Notes under the pieces: model-generated | What the model saw: only the letters and a program-made list of their open reading frames with translations | What the model was told of the DNA's origin: nothing | Databases searched by the model: none | Assembly: GCF_009914755.1 (NCBI RefSeq) | Contig: NC_060933.1 | Reading direction: 5' to 3' (one strand) | From: the human T2T-CHM13v2.0 reference genome, Homo sapiens | Length of the DNA stretch: 64,000 bases | Position numbers and translations under genes: made by a program | Shown here: positions 10,720-25,871 of the stretch, in pieces | How positions within the stretch are numbered: position 1 is the first letter of the stretch | Layout of the letters: every line of letters starts with the position of its first letter

Positions 10720-13410
10720 GTCCAAATATTTTCCTCTTGCAAACAGAACCGTAGTCTGTAATTATAGCTTACCACAATCTGCCCAATTATCCAGTGCTTT
10801 TTCAACTGTGTTTGTAAAAAGCAGGAGGCAATGTCTGTGCTCTGATTTCTACTCTTATCTGCAACATCTGAAAAGCCTCCAAACCCAGCTGGGAGCCAAG
10901 ACTACATCAGAACTTTAAAAAAAATTTTTTTTTGAAAACACTTACATTCCACCTTTTACCAGGCATCTCTCCTCTCTCTTCCCTCACAAACATGAATTCT
11001 TTCATGTGGACACTGTGTCATATAATAAAACTCCGACTTAAAGGACTTTCAAGAGTATTCATGCTCAACATAGTTTCCACAGTGAATCCTCTCCCGGAAT
11101 TTAATTGCTAAGCTCTATCTAAGCCCACAGCTGACACACATAACAAGCTGAGACTCTCATTCGTGCAGAGTATCCTGTGGCCTAAGCAGGCAGTCATGTC
11201 ACCTTCAGTGAAACTGAGACCATCAGGCAGAGCTTCTCTTGTATCAAGGGGTTTAGAGGAAGGCTCATGATTCTATGTTGACAACAAAACTTGCACATCA
11301 GCCAAGAGTCTGACCTAGAAGAAGGAGAACTCAAGTACAAGCCAAGGGTTATTTACAGCCTTCTAGTACTCTTAAGGCAGCCTGGCAAGGACCGCTAGTA
11401 AAGCAATCGATATTTTCTCTTGTTTCTGATTCTGTCCAACCAGCAGATGAGTCACATAACTATAGCCAAGATTACCTGCTCATATTTCCCCCTTGATACA
11501 AGTTAATCAGGACAGTGACAGCAGAAAGAGCCAAGAGAGGGGAAGATTCAAATATCCAATTGCCAAACGGAGCGTGGAAAGAGGCATAGTGAGCAAGCAG
11601 ACAGACCTGGTAGTTGAGTCAAGCCTCTCTGAGTTGGCAGAGAAAAACAGGTGGTTTGTAGTTACAACCTTTTTTTTTTTTAGCTGATTGGAATTGTCTG
11701 GTTCAACAGTTAAAAAGAAAAGTTTGGCTAACCTCCATCTAACAGGAAACTCTATCAGCACAACCAATTGATTTGGCTGTCAAAATGGAAATGTCTTGGT
11801 TGGACTATTGTTTGAAAGTTCATTATTGTCGATTCAGAGAAGCAGAAATGAACAACAGTTCATAAATGTTAGCCTGGTACACATTGTCAAAAATCATCAA
11901 CTTTAATTCTTCTAAGAAAGTTTCTCCACTCCAAGTCCTACTTCCTTGCTAACCAATTGCTATAAAGCCTTCTTGAAGAATTGCTTATTTTGGAAATGTC
12001 GTTTCCCTAACTTATGCTGATAGCTCCAGCAATTAGTCCCTACCAAGAAAATAATTAAAACTAAAAAATGCCCTGATTCCCAGAGAAACATAAGTTACAC
12101 ATTTCAAGCAACTGTAATACTCTGATTTGGGAAATTATCAAGTGTTGCTTTATAAATGTATTTAGGAACCACAAGGGTTTTTTCAGTTGGTCAGGACATT
12201 TTCCTATTTAAACATTGATTTAGAAAATTTGCCAAGTAAACCAGGAAATCAAGAGAGCAAAATTATGCTGCACATAAAGAAAGCAGCTGCATTTTTCCAA
12301 CCCTAGTAATTTAACCAGCCATTTCTTTAAACAAAATGAAGAGGGGGAAAAAAGAGAAGCAAATCTGGCAGCACTAATCTCATTTCATTACATTGGCAAA
12401 CCAAAATATCAGTCATCAAACATATTTGATGGAAAACATTTGTCCATTGTGTTGGTATTCTTAAAAGTGAAAACTACAATATGGTATAGGAATTTAATAT
12501 CAAATTACATTTGAAGGGCCATTTCAGTAATTAAGTGAGAAAATGATTTCTAGCAGATGCCCTTTCATTTAAAAGCCTACCCCCCAGGCAAAATTCCTCA
12601 GCATTAAGAAAGATCAACAGTGTCACAAGATTCAGAAACCTCACACATATATGCACACAAATGTCAAGACAGAGAATGTATGTACACCGTGAACAGTGAA
12701 ATAAAATATATGAGAAGATGCACTTTACAAGAGACAGATAAAGCAAGCAAGGTAAGTCTTCATCTAACATAATTACAAAAAGAAAATAGAGAGATCCTTG
12801 CCTAAAGGTCTATTGTATGACTTGCATTCTGCTGTGTAGTTAGATATTGGCCCCATGTTTATGATTTCAAATTACATAAATGAAATTTTTTTTAGGTATC
12901 TGCTTAGTCTCCTGGTTAAACCCAAGTGGGAGAAACTTGCTAAAAGCTCTCCATAGGAAGGAAGTATTCTCAGAATTATCATATTATTTAATTCACATTA
13001 TCCCTTTATCCAAATTTTTGCAAAGAGAAGAGATATGTACACAAATTACAGTCAAATGGGTTTGATTGTCTAATAAAGTTTTGAACATCAGTAAATAAGA
13101 ACAAGAAGAACTTCTGAAATTATAGGTGTTTCAGTAGCTACCTATTCCATCCACCATCTGACCAGGCCACACCAAAAGGTCATTCATGTCTTGAAGAAGC
13201 AGCAGAAGATAAATTTATTAAATCATAAATAATATTGATGGCCATATATAATTTAAATGATCTTTCAAGGCTTTACAAAGAATAGAATTTCCTAGATTCT
13301 TTGCTCATCTCCTTTGGTTCCAGGAATGTGCCATGATTACTAACTTCTGTCTTAGAGACTCTTTTTAAGAAAGCCAAAATATCACCATTTTAGATTCACA
13401 AAACGATCCT

Positions 13411-13803
13411 TGTATTCATGTGCTAGGGCTGCCATAAGAAAGTTCCACAGTCTGAGTAGCTTAAACAACAGGAACTTGTTTTAGCCTCCTCACATTTCTG
13501 GAGGATAGAAGTCCAAGATCAAGGTGTCAGCATGATTGATTTCTTCTGAGACCTCTCTCCTTGGCTTTTAGGTGGCCACCCTCTTCTGGTGTCTTCACAT
13601 GGTCTTCCATCTATGTGTATCTGTGTTCTAATCTTCTCTTCTTATAAAGACACTAGCCATATTAAATTAAGACCCACCCATATGACCTCATTTTATTTTA
13701 ATTACCTCTTTAAAGGTTTTTTCTACACATAGTCACATTTTGAGGCATCAGGTGTTAGAAATTTAATATCAGAATTTAGGGAAACACAGGTTATCTTATA
13801 ACA
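13411..13803 (-). mobile_element. MaLR LTR (MLT1B/MLT1A0-like)
   Basis: 'tgtattcatgtgctagggctgccataa', 'gaagtccaagatcaaggtgtcagca', ends 'ttataaca'; ~390 bp. Confidence 0.85.
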
Positions 13804-14656
13804 ACTTTAAAAAATGCAGGAGAAAATTTATGTAAAATTCTTTAAATCTATTAATGAAATGAAAGAAAGAAATACTCAGTCAAAAATTAAATGAAGAAGC
13901 AGCTACAAGGTATTTGCCTACCACTGAGGCTGGCTTTCACCTGGAGAGCATTGGCCTAACAATACAGGTGACCTTTACCTTTGGTTCTCAAGGTCTTTAG
14001 GACACCAAGAACAGAAGACATATCTCAGGGCATGCCTAAGGCAAGGAGTTTAATGAGAGTTGTTAAATTCCCACAGCTTCGTAAAACTGAAATTCCAAAA
14101 AAAACTTGAGATCACTTCCCAACGTATTGTAACAAAAATTGCCTGTACCAATCCGGATGGAGTATAATCTCTCTTACCATAAATATGTTCAATAAATTTA
14201 AGTACATTTTTAAAAGACTAACGTATGAGCAAGAAACTATTTTGAATGACCAAGAAGATTTAAAGAAAAGAATTTCTAAAAATGAAAAAGGTAATAATTG
14301 AAACTAAACACACAAGGGACTGATTTAACAACAGATCAGATGCAACTAAAGAGAGAATTACAGAACTAGAAAATATTTCTGAAAAAATTATCCAGAATGC
14401 AGCACAGAAAAAAGAAACAGAAAATAGAAAAAAAAATTTATAGAGAATAAAGTTGTAATTTCTAACATATATCTAATTAGCAATTTGGCATTTTCATATG
14501 GAGAGGAAAGAAAAAGTAGACTGAAGCAAAAGTTGTATTGAGGAGAATATTCCAGACCTAGCTAAAAAATATCAATCTAAATATTTTAAAATTTCAGTAA
14601 AACAGAACCAAATAAAAATAAATCTATACCAAAACACACTGTAGTGAATTTGTAAA

Positions 14657-15371
14657 TATTGGGGCTCAGAGGATGATACCCCAGAGTATTATGCTTTGGC
14701 ATGCTGAACGTTCTGTAATTAAAGGAAAGTAGAAGACCTTAGCAGCTGCTTCAGAAAAAAAAGGACTTCCTAATCTTCTCTTGCCCCACCTCTCATCCAA
14801 AGTGCAGAAAGGCAGTCTGTCTGGAAGTTCTCTTATTTTCCAAAACTTCTTCCTAAGGAAATGCAATTATTTTAAATCCCTCTTTCTAGGAATCTCATCA
14901 AATAACCAAGAAAGACTAACCAATAGAGGAAAAACCAAAAATCATCACCAGGCCCAGACAGATTTTTCATCTATTCTTCTGAGGGCAGCTCCACAAGATT
15001 ACCTGGGAAACTTTATCTGCGTAATAAGACAATCTTTGTTCACAGTAAAGTTCTGCCCCTCGCCTTCCTGCAATCTGTTGTCACCTCCCCAGAACTTAGA
15101 TGAACTTTGTCCCAAGCCATTGTCTGTTATTTGGGCCCATTCATTTCCCCTAAAATTGCCTACATCTCCTCATCTCTCTCTTTCCTATGAAGAGGGTACT
15201 ATTTAAGTTTCAGCCATCTGGCCCTTCTTTGAGTTTTATATTTTGTATGGCTCTCATGCACACTCGCACATTAAAATTGTGTATGCCTTTTCTCCTGTTA
15301 GTCTGTCTATTGTCAGTTTATTTCAGAGAAACTTCAGAGGGCAGAGGGAAACTTTTCCCTTCACCCTAACA
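14657..15371 (+). mobile_element. ERV1 solo LTR (MER39-like)
   Basis: Starts 'tattggggctcagaggatgataccccagagtat..gctttggcatgctgaac', ends 'ggcagagggaaacttttcccttcaccctaaca'. Confidence 0.7.
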
Positions 15372-15472
15372 TGGAACACTGCCATCAACAAAAGCAAAAC
15401 CAAAGAAAAAAAAATTTAAGCTGACAGGATGATAGGAACCAGAAAGATTACCTTCAAATAAATGACAATTTA

Positions 15473-15750
15473 GGGCAGGCACAGTGGCTCACGCCTATAA
15501 TCCCAACACTTTGGGAGGCTGAGGCAGGTGGATCACTCGAGGTCAGGAGTTCAAGACCAGCCTGGCCAACATGGAGAAACCCCATCTCTATTAAAAATAC
15601 AAAAATTAGCTGGGCATGGTGGCATGCACCTGTAATCCCACCTACTTGGGAGGCTGAGAGGAGAATCACTTGAGGGTGCAGTGAGCCAAGATTGTGCCAC
15701 TGCACTCCAGCCTGGGCAACAGAGCAAGACTCTATCTCAAAAAAAAAAAA
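15473..15750 (+). mobile_element. Alu (AluS-like) with right-arm deletion
   Basis: Dimeric Alu with poly(A); imperfect TSD aaatga(c/g)aattt. Confidence 0.95.
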
Positions 15751-16234
15751 TGAGAATTTGACTGAGAACTGGCTTTTTAACTGCAACAGTAAAATCAGGA
15801 GACAGAGGGAGAAATTTCTTAAAGACATTGAGAGAAAATAATTATCACCTGGAATTCTATACCACCAGGAGTGGGACTTGTGGCTTAATTTGATGCAACA
15901 CAGCAAACCTTACCTGGCCTAGACATAGACATGATTGACAGATTGAATGGCTTGTGTGAATGATGTTAATATAAAGACTTTTCAGATAAATGAAGACAGA
16001 GTTTTCTAAAAGCAGTTGCTAGTTAAAAGAAATTTTAATGGATCTTCTTCAGATGAAAGAAAAGGTTTTACAAATGGAGAGTCTGAGATAAAGAATATAA
16101 AAAGCATAAAAAGAGCATTGAAAGTGCTAGCTACATGGATAAATTCTAATCAAATGCTGACTACGTAGCACAGTAAAAATAGTAATGTGTCATGAGTTTA
16201 AAAACACAACTTTTGTTTCTTTTTCCCTTTCAAG

Positions 16235-16440
16235 TAATGGAAGCATGAACATATCCACTATTCAGCTTTGTTCCTGCAGATGAACAATGCCATGGTTTGA
16301 TGAACAAATGGGAAGAAACCTGGGCCCCTAAATGACTGTATGAAGACACTTTGCCTCCTGACCCACTCACCACAGAACTAGTATATAAAAGAGAAATTGA
16401 CTTTCAATATCTTCAAGTCATTGTATTTTTGACATTAGAG
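16235..16440 (+). mobile_element. Old MLT1 LTR fragment
   Basis: 'gggaagaaacctgggcccctaaatgactg', 'gagaaattgactttc...aagtcattgtattttt'. Confidence 0.45.
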
Positions 16441-16922
16441 TGTACCCACATCTAAATTACATGCCCTAGCATTTAATTTTGATCACTCACTTCTAACTTA
16501 CATAATACTGTTGTGAACTACTTTAAAGAATGTCAGAAAATGTATATACTTAAAGACAAACTCAAAATTAAAAAAATAAATGACAGGACTACAAAGAGAA
16601 ATAAACAAATGTTACACCAGGATGGAAGATTTTCACACAATTCTCTCTAGTGTGCAAAAAAAATTAGTAAGGATGCAGATAATGTTACCAACACAATTAA
16701 TGAGCTTGAACTAATGAACATATTTAGAACATTTGTCCCAAAAATGGTGAAATACATATACTGTTCTAGCATATGTGGAATATTTATGAAAAATTACTAC
16801 ATACAGGGTCACAATAGTGTTGATAAACTTCAAAAAATTATTTTTACAAACTTTATTTTATGCATATAGTTCAATTAAGTAAGAAATTAATCACAAAAAT
16901 ATGACTTAAAAAACCCATACAT

Positions 16923-17362
<440 letters not shown>

Positions 17363-17399
17363 AGAAGTACACTTCTAAATTGATTAGACACTTACCATA

Positions 17400-17740
17400 T
17401 CTGTTCTAGATAGGGTCATATGCATAGTTCTTACCCACAGATTGTGAATGACAGCAATATATTATTTCCATTCTAAATCAGTTAAGAGCAGCTGGGCTTC
17501 ACACACTTTTCTTTTTTCTTCAGTGACTTTCAAGACAATGTGTTAAAGATGGTAGCAGTACAAGATAGAAGCAGCCTGGATTCTTGAGTCACTTATTGCA
17601 GGATAGCTACCTTAGAGAGCCACCTAACAGGAATATCAGCATTGGTCTCTAAGAGCATGAAAAATAAACATTAATTGTTTTAAGCCACTGAGATCTTGGA
17701 GTTATTTGTTATAGCAGCTAATGCAGCTTATCCTGTTCTC
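17400..17740 (+). mobile_element. MaLR LTR (MLT1J-like)
   Basis: 'acaagatagaagcagcctggattcttgagtcac', 'aataaacattaattgttttaagccactgagat', 'ttatttgttatagcagc'. Confidence 0.7.
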
Positions 17741-17894
17741 CTGACTGTCTCAACACTACTGGGATAGACTTCATAAGATTATAGTTAAAGATTCTTGTAT
17801 TACTCCTTTCTCTCAATGAATGTACAGGACAAAATTTCCTCAAAAGCTAGAGAGGGGAGTCAATTCTTAAGTAAGATGAGTTCATCATGTTACA

Positions 17895-18125
17895 TAGAAG
17901 TTAAGCAGCTTAGCATTTGGAGTCAGAGAGATATGAATTTGAATATTGGCATCACCATTTAATTGAAACAGGATCTTGAGTCAATCATTTTTCTTCTTTC
18001 TCTGAGTTCATTTCCTCATCTGTAAAATAGCTATAGTCCTTTGAGTTTTAATAATTGTCTCAGGATTAAAGGAGAGAAAAATAGGTAAAATGCATAGCAT
18101 GGTGTCTCCTTCATAGTCATTGCTC
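17895..18125 (+). mobile_element. MIR
   Basis: 'tttggagtcagagaga', 'tttcctcatctgtaaaat', 'aggattaaa'. Confidence 0.75.
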
Positions 18126-18359
18126 TCATTATTACAAAACTATTTTATTTAAAAGTAATATACTTCAATTAGAACCAATAATAGAATCTTTCTGTGAATG
18201 CTCTGCCCTCAGCCCTCCCCTAGTCTCTGCCCACAACTTTTTCTCTTCTGCTAACTTCCAAAACCACATGTGGTTACACAAGGTCTAAGAGAAACAAAAG
18301 TACACATATAGAAAGTGGATGCAAAGTTATATTAACAACCAAATATCAACATGAAGTCC

Positions 18360-18557
18360 CATGACCTACAGCTGGACTCCAAAGCCTCCAAGAATGCAGT
18401 TCCAGCCTAGGGATACCCAGTTCAATTCAGTTATGGCTCCTGCTCTTTGATTAATGTGAAAGTTTCCTTTATCCTTCTAAATAAACCCCTATTTTACTTG
18501 GGCAAATTTAGGTAGCAAATTTCTGTTCCTTGCAACCAAGAAGTCTGAACTAGTACA
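18360..18557 (+). mobile_element. Old MLT1 LTR 3' fragment
   Basis: 'aataaacccctattttactt...ttctgttccttgcaaccaag...actagtaca'. Confidence 0.45.
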
Positions 18558-19714
18558 ATTTATTCACATAACTTGAGTTATTATTTTCTTTTTCACTCTA
18601 AAGTAGCAGATACTTTGTCTGCATGCCAAAGTTGGTGCATGACACCAAAACAGAAAGGTATAAAGGCTACACACCCTCAAGTTTGCTTGAGAACACATTT
18701 GATTCTTATTTTACTAAATCAACACCATTGCTGTGCTGAAGACAATGTCTGTAGCTTTCCCATACGTGGAAATGAGCTCATTCCACCACTCAGTTCTCTT
18801 GGGGATTCTTCAATTCCTTTGGAATCTTATGCAAATAAAAACAGTAGCCCTTTGGCAGCAACATTTAATCCATGTTCAAAGTAATCCAAGTGTCTTCATA
18901 GGTCAAAACTCCACAGACATTCCATTAAGTAAAAATTATAAATTATAATTAGTGTAAATACAAATAATGTAGACTGAGGCAGAGCACCAAAAGATGAAAG
19001 AATTTGAAATAAAAACCCAAAATAAAATAGAATAAGTGAATTTTTTGGCCTCCAACCTTACTCAACAATTTGCTGATGTTTTCAAGAAAGTAAATACTTT
19101 TAAACTACCCTCAAGACTTTTTATAAAAGTAGAAGCCCTGCCCAAAGGCAAACACTGCATTTATGTAGGTCTCTGGGACCAAGGAATGTGTGGCTACTTC
19201 TGACAGACAAGGCTTTTATCTACTTGGGAAATTCATGCTGGAGCATGCAAACCCATACACTGTATTCCAATGTGTTTTGCTGGAGGCAATTTGGAGTTGT
19301 TGCATTTAATTACCTCTGATCCAATACTTTGATATCTTGATTAATAAATCCTGGGGGAGAAATAGCTTTAGGAAAGTCAATTTAATTGTCGGAGACACTG
19401 GGACAGTCTGGCTCCTCAGCACTGCCATTTTGATTAAGTAGGAAGGCATTGGAGATAGCTAAGAAACAGTCCTCTCATCATTGTAGCTCTATGAGGAAAG
19501 AGATGTCACTGCCAGTATTCCACAGTGTGATTATATGAGTGGGACAGACATCAGCTACTGGGTGGGGCCTCTGTACGACTGGAAGAGATCCAACCGAAAG
19601 GTTTAAAAGACTCCCAATGTCATGTTGACACCACTAGATATGAAGGCCAACCCCTGAGAAAAATAAGGAAGAAAAAAATTATCCTAGATTACCTCCGTTT
19701 CAATCCCTCTACAG

Positions 19715-20841
<1,127 letters not shown>

Positions 20842-21219
20842 TAATATTTAATATCTGTATCATTAATTCTTCACTTTTTCCAGGTACAGACTCCTGTCAG
20901 CTGGAGTTGTACAACTGCAGTGGGATTTATTTGCATACAATGTACAATAGCAGCTGTCCTGCCTTTGACAATCTAAGAAAACCTATGGGTCTGCATTCCT
21001 AAATATGCATGATCACACATAACAAGATTTTACATAGATTGTTAGGGGGTTCTATGTTCCATTTGTAAAGATTCAAGAATGCCAGGTTAAAAACTCTTAT
21101 CTATAATAATCAAGTTTCTATCATCAGAAAGAGACATAAAACACATTCTTTTTATCTACCCTTGGTATTTCAATCCCAGAAGCAGAACTAAAACTTTTCC
21201 TTAAAAAGAAAATAAATTT

Positions 21220-21430
21220 TGAAATCAGATAAAACTGATTTTGAAATTCAACTGAGTCACCTTAACTGTGTGATCCTAGACCAGTTATTTAATAATTGAC
21301 ATCCTGGATCTTACCTCACCTCTACAATGGGAAATGAAAGCTGTCCAATGGGGTTGCATAAAGACTAAATGAAGCATCTCAAGTAAAGGGCCTAGAGGAA
21401 AGCTGACCCTCCATAAATGCTAGTACCTTC
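21220..21430 (+). mobile_element. MIR
   Basis: 'ctgtgtgatcctagaccagttattta', 'cctcacctctacaatggga', 'ataaatgctag'. Confidence 0.55.
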
Positions 21431-21584
21431 CTTCCTGTCCCACCTCACTGCACCTCTCAAATGAACTACATAAACCAGTTTTAAATGACTATGCAGAACA
21501 TGTTTCTCTCTTTCCCTACCTGTCTCCCACAGGTTAATATTCCTTCTGGTACTATTGGATGAGGAGCTCCTTTTCACTTATTCC

Positions 21585-21820
21585 ATCTTCACATACTGTT
21601 CTCCCTGTGTCTGTCTCTGTTTTCATATGGCCATCTTCTTATAAGGACAACTTATCTTCACATACTGTTCTCCCTGTGTCTCTGTTTTCATATGGCCATC
21701 TTCTTATAAGGACAACATATTGAATTGGGCCCCACCTACTCCAATATATCTCATCTTAACTAATTACACCTGTAATGGCCCTATTTTCAAATAAAGTTAC
21801 ATTTGGAGTTACTGGAGATT

Positions 21821-21869
<49 letters not shown>

Positions 21870-21907
21870 ACTGAAGGAGGTTGGGGGAAACAATTCAGCA
21901 CTAACAA
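21585..21907 (-). mobile_element. MLT1C-like LTR fragment with tandem duplication and (TA)n
   Basis: 'cttcttataaggacaac', 'ctcatcttaactaattacacctgtaatggccctattttcaaataa'; (TA)n at ~21826-21870. Confidence 0.75.
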
Positions 21908-21929
21908 CCAGCAGATGTGAAAACAAAGT

Positions 21930-23100
21930 GCCAAAGAGAGAAAAGAGAAGCTAGACAAGAAATTTTAAGAAATAATGGCCAAGATTTTTCTAAAATTGAA
22001 AAGAATTATCAACTAACAGGTTCAAAATCTCAGCAAATTTAAACAGGATGAATACAAAGAAAGCCACACAGTGGCACATCAAAGTCAAACTGCTGTAAAT
22101 TTAAAAAAGAAAAAAATCACAAAAGCAGCTGGAGGGAAAAAGAGAGAGAGAGAGGTTAAATTCAAGGGAAAAAGAGCAAGAAACACAGCTGACTTTTATA
22201 CAATAAGTATAGAAGACACAGGACAATGGGACTATATCTTTAAAGTGTTGTAAGAAAAATAAACTGCCAACCTAAAAATCTATACCCAGCAAAATATATA
22301 TATCAAAAATGAAGGTGAAATAAATCTGTTTTCTGACAAGCAAAACATGGGTATATTTGCCATAAGCAGCCAGCGTTACATAAAGTTCTTTATAATGAAG
22401 AGAAATTATTCCAGATGGATACACTGAGACAGAGGAAATACGGAAGAGCACCAGAGGGGTAAGTATGTGAGAAAATATTAAAAAGTTATTTCTGATATGT
22501 TAAAAGGTGCTTACCATGTAAAGCAATAACAATAACAATGTATTTAGATGTGTATAACATATATAAAAGTAAAATATATGACAAAATAGCACTATGGAGT
22601 AGTAAATAGAATTTTACTGTGGTAAGAGTCTAACATTTGTGTGTGTGAAGTGGTAAAATACTAATTCAAAGTCAACTGTGATAAGTAAAAGATGTATATT
22701 GTAATCTCTAGTCCTCAAATAAAAATATCCAAAAAAGTATAAGTAAAAAGCCTGTCAAAGGGATGAAATGGAATCATAATAATAATTGATTTGTCACAAA
22801 ACAGGCAAGAAAGCAGAATAAAAGGGAAAAAAGTGATGTTTCAAATAAAAAACAAAGAGCAAGATAGTAGACATAACACCAGCTATATATAAATTTTAAG
22901 GCAAGAAGAATAACCAGAAATAAACAGAATAAAAATGATTTTTAAAAAGTTAATTCAACAGTAAGATAAAAAAATAAACATGTGTATACCTAATAGCATA
23001 ATTTCATAATTTAATATGAAGTACTCATTGGCAAAATAAAGGAGAGAAATGAAAGAAATAAAGAGAAATCTAAAAATTCATAAATACAACTGGAAATTTA
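21930..23100 (+). mobile_element. Old L1 ORF1 3' part and inter-ORF region
   Basis: 'aatgggactatatctttaaagtgttg', 'ctgccaacctaaaaatctatacccagcaaaa', 'aaaatgaaggtgaaataaa'. Confidence 0.7.
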
Positions 23101-23472
23101 AGTATTATTAATTTTTCTCACATCTATCTAAAAAACAGTGAAAAAGAAAAATGATGGGAAGCAATGGAAATTTGTGACTCATTGTTAGATAAAGAGATTC
23201 TCAGATGGACACATGAGCAGTTTTTTCAGAAGTCACTTAGGGTAGATCCACACAGAAATTTCAAGGTGAAAGTGGTTTGTGAAACTGCTGTATTTTGGGG
23301 AGGAGTGATTTGTTTGACTTTTTAACCCTTCAGTTTAGTCCAAAGTGTAAAGCAAAATCCAGGAGCTAAGCTACCAGCCCTTTATCTAGACATAGCACCA
23401 TCCTAAATTCAAATAGGATTACTATTTTATTAAATGCCTTTGTTTGTAAACATTTTCAGATGTGAACCTAAC

Positions 23473-23554
23473 ATTAGGATGCACCATAATGAAATTGCTG
23501 TTTCAGTAGGTCAAAATTGGTTGAACATCAGCAATGTCATACATTTGACCTAAT
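23473..23554. mobile_element. MADE2-like mariner MITE (~80 bp)
   Basis: 'attagg..accata.tgaaattgctg...gtaggtcaaaa...cagcaatgtcata...acctaat', imperfect terminal inverted repeats. Confidence 0.7.
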
Positions 23555-23721
23555 ATACTTACATATGTGTATACTGTAATATAAAAATAAATTTCTCCTT
23601 TAGAGTTTTCACACATCAGAACATACTTAATGTTCTCACAGCATTTTTGAGTGATACAAAGTGTTGTCAGTAGAAAGATAATCTCTAATAAGTAGAAAAT
23701 ACTCCATTAAACCCATCTTTC

Positions 23722-23722
<1 letters not shown>

Positions 23723-23798
<76 letters not shown>
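23723..23798. repeat. Compound tetranucleotide STR (AGAT)11(AGGC)8
   Basis: Direct counting. Confidence 0.95.
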
Positions 23799-23800
<2 letters not shown>

Positions 23801-24476
23801 AGACAGGTATAGAATGTTAGAAGTGACTACTTCTAACATACTATCATATTTTAGTATATTTAGTATATTAATATACTACTATCATATTTTAACTATTAGT
23901 TTTACAAATGACATCAAACAGAGCTCCCTACAGATATCCACATTGTGAAATGTTCATCACCTTAAAATACACTGTTTCAAATGAGTCAATAGTAATTTCA
24001 GGTAAACAGAGCCTTTACTGAGTTTTTGTCATTCGTCTTGATTCTTAACAAACTCTTTATGACTACTCCATGATCTGTTCTCTGCCTATGCTATATCTTA
24101 TTTTCTCCTGCTCCTAATCCCCTTCCTCTGTTGCTACAATCTAGCAACTACAACACTAAGACCTCACACTTCAGCATCTTGATTGAACCATTAGTCTCCA
24201 ATTCATTGATCCATTTTAGCCACCGTATCTCTTTCACAATAGGTTCTATTCTTATCAGTTGGCTTAGAATCAGGCCTTAAACTTCCAAGCCCCCATCAAT
24301 CAATGAAAGGAAAATTTTTTTATTATTTATCTCATTTTTTTCCTTCTTCAAAATGTCAAGGAAAAAATAAATCAAGGTGCCTGAAAGATGATAAACTTTT
24401 TTCACCTATAGAATATATTAATTATGCTTAAAATGCTTTGTTAAAACACTGAACTCTATATTAAAAGGGTTTTAAA

Positions 24477-24758
24477 GACTGGGTGCAGTGGCTCATACCT
24501 GTAATCCCAGCACTCTGGGAGGCCGAGGCGGGAGGATCACGAGGTCAGGAGATCGAGACCATCCTGGCTTACGTGATGAAACCCCATCTCTACTAAAAAT
24601 ACAAAAAATTAGCCGGGCGTGGTGGCAGGCGCCTGTAGTCTCAGCTACTCAGGAAGCTGAAGCAGGAGAATGGCGTGAACCTGGGAGGCGGAGCCAAGAT
24701 CGCACCACTACACTCCAGCCTGGGTGACAGAGCAAGACTCTGTCTCAAAAAAAAAAAA
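24477..24758 (+). mobile_element. AluY-like with 11-bp right-arm deletion
   Basis: 'gatcacgaggtcaggagatcgagaccatcc', 'gaatggcgtgaacc'; 'cttgcagtgag' missing. Confidence 0.95.
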
Positions 24759-25871
24759 GGGGGGGTTTTAAGATATGCTAAAGGTCCAAATATTATTATG
24801 GAATTATGCTTATAACTGCTAATGATATAAAAATAGTACATGAGAAGACATTCTAGAAACTTTTGACAAATAGGCAAGATAAGTATGTGCTACATGTCAT
24901 TGTCTTGCCAAAATTCTTACAGCCATTTCCAGGGTCAAACTTTACTAAGGCAGACTCACTAAAACATAAACCTCCAATAATAACTCATCCATGATGACAA
25001 CTAGGATCGATTTGATGGTTAAAGGTGAGTCACTCAGGAAATATGAATTTGCTGAGATTATAAAGAGAATTACTAAAAAGAAAGAAAGAAGTCACTAAAG
25101 CATCTGTATTCACCAGCCTCCTGAACTCATACCCATAGAACCATCTAGGTCTACAAGCATAATTATTTCACAACCATGGAAATAATTTTTTCCCTTGGAC
25201 AGATTTATTGAAGCTAAGAAAGAGTTTGAATTAAAAGAGAATGTATTTCCCCTCCAGATCATGAATAAGTATGGAAAGAAAAGAACAAAGTATACCTTTA
25301 AAATGTTTCTTATTAACTTGGTTAAAAAGGCTTATACATTTTAAAAGTTATATTAACATTTTAAGTAATGTAATTAAACATTTAACAAACATGTCTCTGT
25401 TTTAAAATAATTTTACTTTGTTATTGAAGAAATTTTAAATGACTTAAATATTAATTATTTTATTTTCATTTATGCCCATAAAGAATTAGCTGTTACAGGA
25501 ATTGCTGTCCCATCGTTTACATGTAGGAACACACATAAAATATTTGAAACAACTCTTTTTAGACACTGACAACAGGCAGCACAGGAAATTAATTTCTGAG
25601 TTAAAGAAAACAAATTAAATAAGCTCCGGGATTGCTCCCAGCTTACTGCCTGGAAGCATTTGCCAGGCTAAAGGGCCAGGATGGGGAGTTCATCAGTTCT
25701 TTCAGAATTAAGGAAACAAAGGTCAGGACATTCAGGGAAGTTGAAGCATCTAATGTTTTGCAGGGCAGAGTACTGAAGAAGCAGCAGCTACGTGGAAAGA
25801 GAGCTCTGGAGACCTGAAGCAAAAGGAAAAGTATATATTTGCAGATAAATTATAGCATGTTTATCCTTTGC

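Larger units (their letters stand above)
13860..16920 (+). mobile_element. Ancient L1 5'/ORF1 to ORF2-EN fragments, interrupted by MER39-like LTR, Alu and MLT1
   Basis: ORF1-like 'aacaacagatcagatgcaactaaagagagaattacagaactagaa'; EN-like 'acaattaatgagcttgaactaatgaacatatttagaaca'. Confidence 0.6.

Noticed and set aside
14781-15206. 141-aa ORF
   Set aside because: Lies wholly within a solo LTR; no recognisable protein similarity
15454-15906. 150-aa ORF and similar ORFs (20464-20844, 37438-38028, 41278-41559, 55978-56202, 60380-60694)
   Set aside because: Antisense Alu/L1 read-through peptides (e.g. [22 protein letters not shown]), a known annotation artefact
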